Virus record (IMG/VR): IMGVR_UViG_3300021961_008712
Span: 32,001-96,000 of that record
DNA length: 64,000 nt
Source: a virus
Reading direction: 5' to 3' (one strand)
Shown: one piece after another, positions 1 through 10,540 of the stretch
Position numbering within the stretch: position 1 is the stretch's first letter
Layout: each line of letters starts with the position of its first letter
Made by a program: the position numbers and the translations under genes
The notes under the pieces: model-generated
Told to the model about the DNA's origin: nothing
The model's database searches: none
What the model saw: only the letters and a program-made list of their open reading frames with translations

Positions 1-1456
1 GGTACTAGAAAACCAAGCTAAACAAATCGTAGCTGAGGCTAACAACACAAACGTAGGTGGTGCCTCTTTCGCAGCTGGTCAAGGTGAGCAGTGGGCAGGA
101 GTAGCTTTACCACTTGTAAGAAAAGTCTTCGCTCAAATCGTAGCTCAAGACTTCGTATCTGTACAACCAATGAACTTGCCTTCAGGGCTAGTATTCTACT
201 TAGACTTTAAGTACGGTACTGCTACTAACGGTAGAAGTGACGGAGAAAACATGTACGGTAACGTAACTGCAGGTTCTAGCAAGATGGCCGCTGACTTAGA
301 TGTCGCTGGTGGTCTTTACGGAGCTGGACAGTTTGGATATTCAATCAACCAAGCAACAGGTACTGAAGTAGCTGCAACTGTAGGAGCTGCTGCTCTTAAA
401 GATGTTGGATACGATGCTGGTCTTACTTTAGGAAACTATGAGATCGTATCTATTCCTTTATCTTCTATCTCTAACTACGACGTAGAAGGATGTAGAGCAT
501 TCGTAGTATTAGATTCTGGTTCTGCTGCTGGTGTAACTCTTCACAAAGAATTTACTAAAATTTCTGGATCTAACTTGGTATTAGTACAGTCTGCTGCAGG
601 CGGTATCAATAACGGTGACAACGTAAAAGTTGTTTACCACAAACAACCAGTTGATAACGACAGAGGTGACTTCGAAGCTGATTCAAATGCTGCTGTAGAT
701 ACTTCTATCTCTATCCCAGAGATCGACGTTAAATTACAAAGTGAGGCTATCGTTGCTAAGACTAGAAAGTTAAAAGCACAATGGACTCCTGAATTTGCAC
801 AAGATCTTAACGCATATCACTCAATCGATGCTGAGGCTGAACTTACTTCTTTATTAAGCGAGTACATCTCTATGGAAATCGATCTTGAGATCTTAGATAT
901 GTTGATCAACGGTGCAAGAACAACTGAGAAATGGTCTGCAGAAAACAACAAAGTATGGAACGGATCTGCATGGTCTACTTCTACTTCTGATTTCTACAAC
1001 ACTCAAGGTCAGTGGTTCCAAACTTTAGGTACTAAAGTACAAAAAGTATCTAACAAGATTCACCAAAAAACTCTTAGAGGTGGAGCTAATTTCTTAGTAT
1101 GTTCTCCAACAGTTGCTACTATCCTTGAATCAATTCCTGGATATGCTGCTCAAACTGACGGTAACCAAGAGAAATTTGCAATGGGCGTACAGAAAATCGG
1201 TAGCTTAGCTAACAGATTCCAAGTATACAAAAACCCTTACATGACTGAAAACGTTATCCTATTAGGATTTAGAGGTTCTCAGTTCTTGGAAGCAGGTGCT
1301 GTATATGCTCCATATGTACCATTATTAATGACTCCTCTTGTATACGATCCAGAAACCTTCACTCCAAGAAAAGGTTTAATGACTCGTTACGCTAAGAAGA
1401 TGATCAGACCTGAATTCTACGGTAAAATCTTCGTTTCTGACTTAGCTCAGATCTAA
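1..1456 (+). CDS. Major capsid protein, T4 gp23-like (5' end lies before the window)
   Basis: The frame is open from nt 2 (VLENQAKQ...VSVQPMNLPSG). It carries gp23-family motifs VQPM, KTRKLKAQWTPEFAQDL..HSIDAEAEL, YAPYVPL and FTPRKGLMTRY. Confidence 0.95.
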   Translation, partial: VLENQAKQIVAEANNTNVGGASFAAGQGEQWAGVALPLVRKVFAQIVAQDFVSVQPMNLPSGLVFYLDFKYGTATNGRSDGENMYGNVTAGSSKMAADLDVAGGLYGAGQFGYSINQATGTEVAATVGAAALKDVGYDAGLTLGNYEIVSIPLSSISNYDVEGCRAFVVLDSGSAAGVTLHKEFTKISGSNLVLVQSAAGGINNGDNVKVVYHKQPVDNDRGDFEADSNAAVDTSISIPEIDVKLQSEAIVAKTRKLKAQWTPEFAQDLNAYHSIDAEAELTSLLSEYISMEIDLEILDMLINGARTTEKWSAENNKVWNGSAWSTSTSDFYNTQGQWFQTLGTKVQKVSNKIHQKTLRGGANFLVCSPTVATILESIPGYAAQTDGNQEKFAMGVQKIGSLANRFQVYKNPYMTENVILLGFRGSQFLEAGAVYAPYVPLLMTPLVYDPETFTPRKGLMTRYAKKMIRPEFYGKIFVSDLAQI

Positions 1457-1480
1457 GATAACCTTAGGACAGATTAATAA

Positions 1481-1511
1481 AGAGGGCTTGCTTTGCAGGC
1501 CCTTTTTTTTT
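1481..1511 (+). terminator. Rho-independent terminator after capsid gene
   Basis: AGAGGGCTTGC-TTT-GCAGGCCCTTT stem followed by a T tract. Confidence 0.85.
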
Positions 1512-1517
1512 ATCTTC

Positions 1518-1525
1518 TATTTATA
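1518..1525 (+). promoter_or_regulatory. TATTTATA putative late promoter
   Basis: Recurrent intergenic motif upstream of starts (see findings). Confidence 0.65.
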
Positions 1526-1562
1526 AGAAGACAAATAATTGTTCTACATAATACATAACTAT

Positions 1563-2249
1563 ATGAGCAGCAACTCTTATTACGATGAGGTGTTCAAAGA
1601 GAAACGAAGACCTAAAAACCCAGTTAAGTTTAAAGTCCAACTAAACGAAGAACAAAAAAAAGCAAAAGAAAAAATACTATTAAATCCCATAACAGTCCTT
1701 AATGGAATGGCTGGAAGCGGTAAAACGTTATTAGCAGCACAAGTAGCTCTGGATATGTTATTTACAAGACAAGTAAATAAGGTTATTATAACACGTCCTA
1801 CTGTATCTAAAGAAGAAATAGGCTTTCTACCAGGAGATATTAGGGAGAAGATGGACCCTTGGTTAGCACCAATTCATCACAATCTATTCATGTTATATGA
1901 CGAAGCTAAAGTACGAAAGGAAATGGAGCTTGGGAATATAGAAATTGTACCTTTTGCATTTATGAGAGGTAGAACATTCGTAGATTCGTTTGTGATTGTA
2001 GATGAAGCTCAGAATGTTACCCATGATCATATGGAAACTGTTATTGGACGTCTTGGGAAAGGATCTAAAATGGTGATTTGTGGTGATTTAGCGCAAATAG
2101 ACTTAAAAGATAAAAGAGAAACTGGCTTTTCCTTTCTTTCTAGATTAGAAGAACATGTAGAAGGCTTTGTAACTTGCTCATTAGCACATAACCACAGGCA
2201 TGATATAGTTGCTCCTATCCTAGAAGTATACAAAACCTTCAGAAATTAA
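1563..2249 (+). CDS. phoH: PhoH-family ATPase
   Basis: GMAGSGKT Walker A, GFLPGD, MRGRTF, IVDEAQN and GDLAQID. ATG 1563 is preferred over TTG 1539. Confidence 0.93.
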   Translation: MSSNSYYDEVFKEKRRPKNPVKFKVQLNEEQKKAKEKILLNPITVLNGMAGSGKTLLAAQVALDMLFTRQVNKVIITRPTVSKEEIGFLPGDIREKMDPWLAPIHHNLFMLYDEAKVRKEMELGNIEIVPFAFMRGRTFVDSFVIVDEAQNVTHDHMETVIGRLGKGSKMVICGDLAQIDLKDKRETGFSFLSRLEEHVEGFVTCSLAHNHRHDIVAPILEVYKTFRN

Positions 2250-2253
2250 TAGC

Positions 2254-2261
2254 TATTTATA
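2254..2261 (+). promoter_or_regulatory. TATTTATA putative late promoter
   Basis: Motif lies 15 nt before the ATG at 2277. Confidence 0.65.
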
Positions 2262-2276
2262 AGAAAACTATATAAA

Positions 2277-3419
2277 ATGGCCAACGTAAGCATATGGAAC
2301 GGTACTGCTACCTTTAATGTAGGCGATACTCCTTTCGGATTCTACGATTCTGATACTACTTTTCAAGCAGATGCAGTTAAAGTAGCTAGATTTGTAGGAA
2401 CTAGACTTGGTTATCCGCTTATGGATGTAGAGCTTCAACAAGAGCAGATGTATGCTTGTTTTGAAGAAGCTATCACTACATATGGTAACGAAGTATTTCA
2501 ATATAAAATTAGAGAAAATTACTTAAATTTAGAAGGATCGAGAACTGGAAGTTCAATGAATAACCAACTTACCGACCCTACCTTAAATCGTATCATTCAG
2601 ATATCTAAACATTACGGGACCGAAGCAGGAGTAGGTGGAAATGTAACTAGACATACCGGTTCAATAGCTATAAACAGTAATCAGCAGAACTATAATTTAG
2701 ATACTTGGGCATCAGAACAAGGAATAACTGGTGGAATAGAAGTAAGAAAAGTATTTTACGAAGCACCACCAGCTATATTACGCTATTTTGATCCTTATGC
2801 AGGTACTGGTACCGGCGTACAATCGTTAATGACAGCTTTTGATTTCGGAGCTTATTCTCCTGGAGTCAATTTCATGTTAATGCCTACTTCGTACGATATT
2901 TTAAAGACTCAAGCCATAGAATTTAACGATCAAATTCGTAAATCAACTTATTCTTTTGAGATAGTAAACAACGAACTACGATTATTCCCTATACCTAGTG
3001 CTACAGGCAGTTTATTCTTTGAGTATTATAAAGAATCTGATAAAGGACAGATAAATTATGATAATAATCCTGGATATATTACTAACGTAGGTGAAGTTCC
3101 GTACTCTAATCCTAGATATAGCCATATTAATAGCGTTGGACGTCAATGGATATTTAATTATACCTTAGCTTTAGCAAAAGAAGTACTAGGATACATAAGA
3201 GGTAAGTATCAGGTTGTTCCTGTACCCGGTTCTGAAGCTACCCTAAACCAGGAAGCCTTATTAACCGATTCTAGAGCTGAAAAAACAGCACTTTTAACTG
3301 CACTTAGAGAGATGTTAGATCAAACATCACGTGGAAAACAGCTAGAAGCACAAGCAAAAGAAGCAGAAGATGTACAAAATACACTTAAATCAATACCAAT
3401 GACGATTTATATAGGGTAA
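2277..3419 (+). CDS. Neck / head-tail adaptor protein (gp13-like)
   Basis: RLGYPLMDVEL N-terminal motif and C-terminal WIFNYTLALAKEVLGYIRGKY..VPVPG...LN, as in gp13-like adaptors. Located after the capsid gene. Confidence 0.75.
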   Translation: MANVSIWNGTATFNVGDTPFGFYDSDTTFQADAVKVARFVGTRLGYPLMDVELQQEQMYACFEEAITTYGNEVFQYKIRENYLNLEGSRTGSSMNNQLTDPTLNRIIQISKHYGTEAGVGGNVTRHTGSIAINSNQQNYNLDTWASEQGITGGIEVRKVFYEAPPAILRYFDPYAGTGTGVQSLMTAFDFGAYSPGVNFMLMPTSYDILKTQAIEFNDQIRKSTYSFEIVNNELRLFPIPSATGSLFFEYYKESDKGQINYDNNPGYITNVGEVPYSNPRYSHINSVGRQWIFNYTLALAKEVLGYIRGKYQVVPVPGSEATLNQEALLTDSRAEKTALLTALREMLDQTSRGKQLEAQAKEAEDVQNTLKSIPMTIYIG

Positions 3420-3718
3420 TGAAGCTAACAGACATCATATTAGAAATAGAATACAAGTCTTACGAGGCCATGGTACAGGTTACCTATGGAGAAGAGGGTG
3501 CTGAAGGATATGATGATGCTTTACGTGCATTACCCGGTATAACAACTGTAACTAAAGCTAATTCTGATGCAGAAGCTGGTAAAACAACCTATAAGGTTAA
3601 ACTAATAACACAGAAAACCCCAGAAGAGGCGTTTACAGCCTTTAAAACTAATGCTGAAACCAAGTATACTAACGTTATAGCAGTAGAAGTAGGGGCTAAC
3701 ACCATAGAAGAAAAATAA
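3419..3718 (+). CDS. Hypothetical protein (99 aa)
   Basis: TAATG-coupled to both neighbours. Confidence 0.7.
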   Translation: MKLTDIILEIEYKSYEAMVQVTYGEEGAEGYDDALRALPGITTVTKANSDAEAGKTTYKVKLITQKTPEEAFTAFKTNAETKYTNVIAVEVGANTIEEK

Positions 3719-4209
3719 TGCTGTTTGGATCTAATAGAGACTTTGATTTACTGGTTAATATTAACCGTGAACTACTAAAAGATATAGTAGAACAGGAAAT
3801 ATTGTACCATAAACTAAGTTTAGCTGATTTAGAAATTAATTTATATGGTGAATCACTAGAAAAGTCTTATTGGAACGCTATTAAATTATATTGTTTAATA
3901 ACTAGAGGAGATCAAGTAATAGACATAGCAGAATTTGGACCAGATTTAGGTAGACAAGCATCATTTGCTTTTATTAGACAGGATTTAGTTGATAGTAACG
4001 TAGTTCCTGAAGTTGGAGATATAGTAGAATGGCATAATGACTTCTATGAAGTAGATACAGTAAGAGAAAATACTTTATTTTTAGGTAGAGATAACCAGTA
4101 CAACTTATCTAGCTATGCTAGCGGGTATGGTTCATCATTAGCCATTATAGTTGATTGTCATTTGACAAGAGCAGATAGAGTAGGATTAGCAGAAGCAGTA
4201 AATAGATAA
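3718..4209 (+). CDS. Head closure / neck protein (gp14-like)
   Basis: NLYGES and PEVGDIVEW..FYEVD resemble head-closure proteins. Synteny agrees. Confidence 0.7.
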   Translation: MLFGSNRDFDLLVNINRELLKDIVEQEILYHKLSLADLEINLYGESLEKSYWNAIKLYCLITRGDQVIDIAEFGPDLGRQASFAFIRQDLVDSNVVPEVGDIVEWHNDFYEVDTVRENTLFLGRDNQYNLSSYASGYGSSLAIIVDCHLTRADRVGLAEAVNR

Positions 4210-4213
4210 GAAT

Positions 4214-5071
4214 ATGGCAGAAAATACACCTTTACCGAAAAGCCAAGAGCAAATCAGCCAGGATTCTATATCTACATATAAGAATCCCGATACTAATGTT
4301 GAAGTAAATGCAAAAGGAGGTTTAACAGACCTTCAAAATAGAGCTAAGCAAGTATCTAGAGCTGATGATAATGTAAGAAACATAACTATTGGTATAAAAG
4401 ATATAGATGAAGCCATCTACTACTATTTTAACAATGTATTGAAACCTTACGTATTACAAAATGGTAAACAGATTAACGTTCCTTTAGTGTATGGTTCACC
4501 TGAACGTTGGGCTGCCATGCAGAAAGATGGATATTACCGTGATAAAAACGGTAAGATGCAAGCACCTTTAATCGTATTTAGAAGAGATAGTTTAGAAAAG
4601 AATAGAAACCTAGGAAATAAGTTAGATGGTAATAACCCAAACAATTTTGGTATATTTAAAAAGAAATTTTCAAAGAAGAATATATATGACAGATTTGCTG
4701 TACTCAACAACAGACAGTCTATAGATGAATATTATGCTGTAGCAATACCTGATTACGTCAATATTGTTTATACTTGCATAATTTTTACAGATTATGTCGA
4801 GCAGAATAATAAAATAGTAGAAGGAATCAACTTTGCCTCAGATTCATATTGGGGGGACCCAGATAAGTTTAGATTTAGAGCTATGATTAATACCTATACT
4901 ACATCTACCGAAATAGTTCAAGGTAATGACCGTATAGTAAAAACAGAGTTTCAAATAAATTTATTAGGGCATATTATTACAGACGCTATAAATGCACACC
5001 CTCATAACAACAAAAAGTTTTATACCAAGTCAGAATTAAGATTTGGTGCTGAAACAGAGGGCAATCTTTAA
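4214..5071 (+). CDS. Tail completion / sheath terminator (gp15-like)
   Basis: VPLVYGSPERW and P.YV.I.Y motifs. Follows the neck genes. Confidence 0.65.
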   Translation: MAENTPLPKSQEQISQDSISTYKNPDTNVEVNAKGGLTDLQNRAKQVSRADDNVRNITIGIKDIDEAIYYYFNNVLKPYVLQNGKQINVPLVYGSPERWAAMQKDGYYRDKNGKMQAPLIVFRRDSLEKNRNLGNKLDGNNPNNFGIFKKKFSKKNIYDRFAVLNNRQSIDEYYAVAIPDYVNIVYTCIIFTDYVEQNNKIVEGINFASDSYWGDPDKFRFRAMINTYTTSTEIVQGNDRIVKTEFQINLLGHIITDAINAHPHNNKKFYTKSELRFGAETEGNL

Positions 5072-5081
5072 CAGACTGCTC

Positions 5082-5089
5082 TATTTATA
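5082..5089 (+). promoter_or_regulatory. TATTTATA putative late promoter
   Basis: Intergenic, upstream of a structured leader and the 1504-aa gene. Confidence 0.65.
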
Positions 5090-5144
5090 TTAAACGGTGA
5101 AACTTCACCTGGTTCTCCTACTTATAATATTATAACTGAAGTAA

Positions 5145-8100
5145 ATGGCAAAGTTCACCGGTGAAATATCAGGTTCGTTAGCGTTTAAACAGGGCGGGGT
5201 TGTACAAACCCAGATGGTCCCTGGTTTAAACTCGTTAGCGCTTACTGGTTCCTTAAATATCACAGGATCTCAGCTTACTCTGAATGGAAGAAATATCTTA
5301 TTAGAGATAGACGCTCTTTCAGCAGGTTCTGATCCTGATATTGGTACGTTAAGGCTACATTCCGGGTCTATGTTAATTTATACCGGTTCAAATGATGCTA
5401 GAGTACAGAGAATAGAGAACTTAACTGGAAGTATACACCAATTAAATGCTTCAACTAGCTCATATTTCTTAAAAAGTGATTCAGCCAACGTAGTATCCTC
5501 TTCTAATCAGATTATAGAACTAGGATTCAATAGAGATGTAATATCTGGATCACAACAAATTATAGACTTAGGATTTAATAAAAATGTAATATCTGGATCT
5601 CGACAAATTCAAGATTTAGGATTCGTTACTTCTTCTAATATTGCAGATTACGACGATCTTTATAATGTTCCTTCTGGAATTCTTAGTTCTTCTATTCAGC
5701 TAACTACTTTAGGCTTTATAACAGGGTCTAGCTTTTTTGAATTAGACAATATCCCCGTAGATCTAGTATCTAGCTCAGCTCAAATACAATCTTTCCTATT
5801 TGGTACAACTACTAACTTCGGAACAGGAGTAGTTTCTGCTTCTAAATTCTCTGGAGATGGTTCTGGGCTTACAAATATAAGTGTAGGACAAGTAACTTCT
5901 ATAAAAGAAGATTTTGATAATGCATCATCAGTAACTGTTAACCATAATTTTAATAGCCCAAATGTAAATGTAGCAGTATACGACAGTAACGGATTCCAAT
6001 TACTTCCCAGCTCAGTTCAATTAACTGATAATAATACTGCTGTTGTTACATTCGATAGTAATACTTCTGGATATGCTGTAGCATCTCTAGGAGGACATAT
6101 ATTTTCTGGTTCTTCTGCATGGGAAAACTTAACTAACGTACCTTCAGGTATTATTTCTTCTTCTGCTCAAATTTCTGCACTTGGATTTGGAGCTGGAGGA
6201 AGCGGAACACCATCAGGAACTGTATCGTCTTCTGCTCAAATTATAGAATTAGGATTTATAACAGGTAGTACTTATCAAGATTTAGTAAACATACCTGCTA
6301 ATATCATTTCTTCTTCTGCCCAAATTGCTAATTTAGGATTTGGAGGAGGAAATATAGCGCCTTCTGGTACAATATCGTCATCTGCTCAAATTTTAGACTT
6401 AGGATTTGTAACTGGAAGTGATTTTAATACGACATTAAACATACCTGACGGATTAATATCTTCTTCACTGCAAATAGCAGCGTTAGGATACTTAACCTCA
6501 TCACATTCAGATGTAAACGGGCTCAATGCTAAGACAGGTTCTTATGCAACGACTGGTTCAAACAGTTTTGTAGGTACCCAGACAATAACTGGTAATGTAA
6601 TTCCTGGAGTTTCTACTAATGATTTAGGAAGTCAAGCAGCTCCTTGGCAACACTTGTACATTTCTTCTGGGTCTATCAAATTCGTAAACCCAGACGGTAC
6701 AGTACTGTCTTCTTTTAATAATCAATTTGATGGAAATAGGATAATTTCGAATACCGAGCATCCTTTATTTAATTCCTTTAATCCAGGCTCTAGCACTACT
6801 ATAGAAGACTTCTTAAATGCAGTTTTTTATCCAAATACTGCCCCAACTATCTCTACTGGTAATCAAACTATAGCCGAATATACAGCTAATGGAACTTCTA
6901 TAGTAACTTTAGCAGGGTCTGATGCAGAGTCTCAAGCAATAACATTTAGTATTGACGATTCTTATACAGATGGATACGTAATAGTTGATAACGGAGTACT
7001 TAAATTAAATGTACTACCTACCGCAACAGCTTTTAATACAGATAACAGAGGAGATGGAACCTTAGCTCACCCTGTTATAGTAAAAGCAACAGATACAGTA
7101 GGAGCTTCTTCTACTAAAACAATATACATTAGAGTAACACCTAATGAAGCACCAGTATTCAGACATCCTAACGTAGGAAGTAACGCAATATCTTCTTATT
7201 CTGTTTCTAGAAATGAAAATGCTAGTGCAGGAGAAGTAACTAAGATATATTTTACAGATGCAGAAGGCGATAACATCACCATTAACTCGGGATCTGATTT
7301 AAACGGACACTTTAGTATTTCAAAATCATCTAACTATGTAACTATTACTCAAGTAACAGCATCTTTAGATTATGAAAATATTACTCAATATAATATGAGT
7401 ATAACAGCATCTGATTCTCATTACGAGGATGGTGATGATGCAGATTCTTTTATTGCTATACCAATTACTATTAATGTTACCGACAACACTCAACCAACAG
7501 TTAATGATCAAACATTAACCGGAGTAAACGAAAATAGTTCTGATGGAGCATCTGCTGGTACAATAACAGCAACAGACCCAGAAGGAGATACGGTAACATT
7601 TAAAAGTGCAAGATTCCATAGCCAACAATTGGATGGAGTAAATGTACCTACTGGTTCATACGGCGGTACATCTCAAAGTGATCCAACTGAAGATGCATTT
7701 AGTATATCATCAACAGGTACTGTTACTAGAAAAGTAGGAGTATATTTAAACTCTGATCTAGTTAATAAAGCTATATATGAAGTAACAGTTACTGACCCAT
7801 ATAATAACGGTTCAGATAAAGGCTACATATCTATCCCTATAGTAGATGATACCGCTCCTACGATAAGCGGAGATACAACCTTATACGTAATTGAATCCGC
7901 AACAAGTGGTCATGCAATATACGATAACTCGAACGGATTCTCAGGAACTACTTCTAGATTTACAGCTAATCAAACTGTAACTTGGGCAGTGAGCTCTTCA
8001 AATGATTTTGCTATAAGTTCAACTGGATATTTAACTCTTGCTAGAGATATTTCTGGTTCAGCAGATGTTGGAGGAGATCAATTGAGCGGTATAGTTACTG

Positions 8101-9659
8101 CTACTAATACTTTCGGTACATCTGCTACTCAAGCATTTACAGTTAATATAACAGACAACGTTGCACCGACAATTACGTTTACAAATACAAGTGCTAACTT
8201 AAATACTAACAAAGCAATTCCTGGTAATAATTTAGTTACTATGACCTTTGCAGATTTAGTTAACTCTGATGCTGTAGATTTGAATTCATTTTCTGCTTCA
8301 TTTGGCGGTCATGATTTAACTATAGTAGAAAGTGGAGCCTCAAGAATAGTAAGAGCTAATAGTAACTTAGCAGCAGGTACTTATAATGTTACTGCATCAA
8401 TTGCTGACGTGGAAGGATTTGAAACTAGAACTTCTTCTCACGCATTTACAATTGCTCAAGCAGTAGTTGGAACATTGACCACTAACGGTACTTTCTACAT
8501 AATAGAATCAGCTGAGAATGGTGCATTAATTAGAACTAACAGTAACGGTAGAACAGGTACTCAAGCAGATTTAGAAGTTAGCTACTCACCTAATTACGGC
8601 GGTCAAGCAGTTCAAGCTTATACTTCTTCTAATGCTGCAATAGTAGTAGCAAGCGATGGAAACTTAAGTCTAGGACTTGACATCAGTGGCTCTGCAACAG
8701 GTTCAGGAGATACAATTACCTCAAATATAACGTTCCAAGATCAGTATGGCAATGTAGGGTCAGGTAGCATAACAGTCAACGTTGTAACCAATCAAGCACC
8801 CTCAGTAACAGTTAGTGAACAATCAGGACTAGAAACAGATACGATTTCTGGTTCATTAGTAGCTACAATAAGCGTATCAGATGCAGAATCAGATTATCCA
8901 ATTACTTTAGCATTATCTGGAACAGACGCTTCAAGTTTTACTGCAACTTCTAATAACGGAGACGGTACTAGCTGGAATATAGTAGCAAATACAGCTCTAT
9001 CAGCAGGTACATACAACTTTACAGCTACTGCTACAGATGCATTTGGTAAGACGGGAACAGATACAGCAACTATAACTGTAGAACAGTCAGCAGACTATGG
9101 ACTTGTCTATGTATATACATCTACTTATGGTTCAGATGCCGGCTTTGCAGCTAACTACTTAGGAGTAATGGGAGGAGCTACAGTTAATAGCGACACACCA
9201 CCTGAAGTTACTTCCTATACAGCAAATACTTTATCACCATATTATAAATTTAAAGCAGGAGACGTAGGAAGTTCTACTATAAGTTTAGCAGGTGGAGCAA
9301 CAGCAACACTTAGAGCAAGCGGATCTGGCGCAGGATTAGATCAAGTACTAAGTAGTATAGGTTCAATTAGCGCTGCAGAAACAGGACAGGTAATAATCGT
9401 CTATCCATCAGGATCAGATATGACAGTACCTACCTCAGTACAAGAATCATTTAATAGCACAGCAGGTGGTGCTGTACCAGCTATGAATGTAGATGGAAAT
9501 GGATACGGAATCGAATCAGGAGTCATTCACTCTTTAGTATTAGATTCTGCTCATTTAGGATATAGTGAGTGGTTTGTATTTGGACGTAAGTCACAGAATG
9601 CAATAGCAAGCTCATTTAATATAAGATTAGTAAACGCAAGCGGTAGCTTACCGTCATAA
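5145..9659 (+). CDS. Large virion fibre/adhesin with N-terminal SSSAQI repeats and cadherin/Ig-like domains
   Basis: Repeats of NIPSGIISSSAQI..LGF. Cadherin-like motifs LDYE and (D/N)xxP(T/V) linkers (PNTAPTI, PNEAPVF, DNTQPTV, DDTAPTI, DNVAPTI, TNQAPSV). Confidence 0.75.
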   Translation: MAKFTGEISGSLAFKQGGVVQTQMVPGLNSLALTGSLNITGSQLTLNGRNILLEIDALSAGSDPDIGTLRLHSGSMLIYTGSNDARVQRIENLTGSIHQLNASTSSYFLKSDSANVVSSSNQIIELGFNRDVISGSQQIIDLGFNKNVISGSRQIQDLGFVTSSNIADYDDLYNVPSGILSSSIQLTTLGFITGSSFFELDNIPVDLVSSSAQIQSFLFGTTTNFGTGVVSASKFSGDGSGLTNISVGQVTSIKEDFDNASSVTVNHNFNSPNVNVAVYDSNGFQLLPSSVQLTDNNTAVVTFDSNTSGYAVASLGGHIFSGSSAWENLTNVPSGIISSSAQISALGFGAGGSGTPSGTVSSSAQIIELGFITGSTYQDLVNIPANIISSSAQIANLGFGGGNIAPSGTISSSAQILDLGFVTGSDFNTTLNIPDGLISSSLQIAALGYLTSSHSDVNGLNAKTGSYATTGSNSFVGTQTITGNVIPGVSTNDLGSQAAPWQHLYISSGSIKFVNPDGTVLSSFNNQFDGNRIISNTEHPLFNSFNPGSSTTIEDFLNAVFYPNTAPTISTGNQTIAEYTANGTSIVTLAGSDAESQAITFSIDDSYTDGYVIVDNGVLKLNVLPTATAFNTDNRGDGTLAHPVIVKATDTVGASSTKTIYIRVTPNEAPVFRHPNVGSNAISSYSVSRNENASAGEVTKIYFTDAEGDNITINSGSDLNGHFSISKSSNYVTITQVTASLDYENITQYNMSITASDSHYEDGDDADSFIAIPITINVTDNTQPTVNDQTLTGVNENSSDGASAGTITATDPEGDTVTFKSARFHSQQLDGVNVPTGSYGGTSQSDPTEDAFSISSTGTVTRKVGVYLNSDLVNKAIYEVTVTDPYNNGSDKGYISIPIVDDTAPTISGDTTLYVIESATSGHAIYDNSNGFSGTTSRFTANQTVTWAVSSSNDFAISSTGYLTLARDISGSADVGGDQLSGIVTATNTFGTSATQAFTVNITDNVAPTITFTNTSANLNTNKAIPGNNLVTMTFADLVNSDAVDLNSFSASFGGHDLTIVESGASRIVRANSNLAAGTYNVTASIADVEGFETRTSSHAFTIAQAVVGTLTTNGTFYIIESAENGALIRTNSNGRTGTQADLEVSYSPNYGGQAVQAYTSSNAAIVVASDGNLSLGLDISGSATGSGDTITSNITFQDQYGNVGSGSITVNVVTNQAPSVTVSEQSGLETDTISGSLVATISVSDAESDYPITLALSGTDASSFTATSNNGDGTSWNIVANTALSAGTYNFTATATDAFGKTGTDTATITVEQSADYGLVYVYTSTYGSDAGFAANYLGVMGGATVNSDTPPEVTSYTANTLSPYYKFKAGDVGSSTISLAGGATATLRASGSGAGLDQVLSSIGSISAAETGQVIIVYPSGSDMTVPTSVQESFNSTAGGAVPAMNVDGNGYGIESGVIHSLVLDSAHLGYSEWFVFGRKSQNAIASSFNIRLVNASGSLPS

Positions 9660-9669
9660 TAGAGAACAG

Positions 9670-10479
9670 ATGCCATTATTTAGTTCAAAATTAGAATTAA
9701 CATCAGCAGCCTCAGGCTCAGGAGTTGCATTAGCGGACGTAAGGTTTATCCGCGGTGCCTTCAGGACTGTAGCTAATACTGGTGAGCTAAATAACATTCC
9801 CGTCACCCAAGTCGAGGATAAGCAAATCGTATGGGTTGAAGGTTCATCTCAACTTTATCAAGCTTCTGTAACTTTAGCAGACTATGTTAGTAGCTTTGTA
9901 GATACAGTATCATGGTCTACATTTAATGGATTTGGTGGAGGCGGTGGTGCTTCTTCTTTAGGAGAGTTGACAGATGTACAGACTGGTTCACTAGCAAACG
10001 GTCAAGTACTTCAATACAATTCCTCTTTAGGTAAATGGGTTGCTAGTAACGTTTCCGGAACAGGAGATATATCTGCAGTATTTGCAGGTGATGGACTTAT
10101 CGGCGGCGGAACAGCAGGATCTGTTTCTCTTGATGTAAATCCCGGGCAAGGTATAAACCTTAACGGAGGTACAGTTAACTTAGATACAGGATCTGCACAC
10201 TTTATAAACGCAATTAATAATATTGCAACCTCTGGTATTTTTACCCAGACAGGTTCATATTACTCAACAACAAATAACTTACAAATAACAGGTTCTTTAC
10301 AAATAAATTTTACCGGATTAGGAGATGCTCTTAACATAACTTCTGGTTCTACAGAGCTATTTAAATTCGGGAATGATGGAGTTTTACAATTTATAACACA
10401 ATCAATAGCACCTACACCAAAAGCTGGGGGAATTTATTTTGACAATAATGGGCAACTCTGGACCGGAGTAGTAAATTAG
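9670..10479 (+). CDS. Virion fibre-associated structural protein
   Basis: LGELTDV...NGQVLQYNS...KWV and GDISAV.AGDGL.GG fibre-type motifs. Confidence 0.7.
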   Translation: MPLFSSKLELTSAASGSGVALADVRFIRGAFRTVANTGELNNIPVTQVEDKQIVWVEGSSQLYQASVTLADYVSSFVDTVSWSTFNGFGGGGGASSLGELTDVQTGSLANGQVLQYNSSLGKWVASNVSGTGDISAVFAGDGLIGGGTAGSVSLDVNPGQGINLNGGTVNLDTGSAHFINAINNIATSGIFTQTGSYYSTTNNLQITGSLQINFTGLGDALNITSGSTELFKFGNDGVLQFITQSIAPTPKAGGIYFDNNGQLWTGVVN

Positions 10480-10482
10480 TGC

Positions 10483-10490
10483 TATTTATA
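10483..10490 (+). promoter_or_regulatory. TATTTATA putative late promoter
   Basis: Intergenic motif upstream of 10541. Confidence 0.65.
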
Positions 10491-10540
10491 ACAAAGAAAA
10501 AAAAACTTAACTAACAACAAAAACAAAAATTTAGACAATT

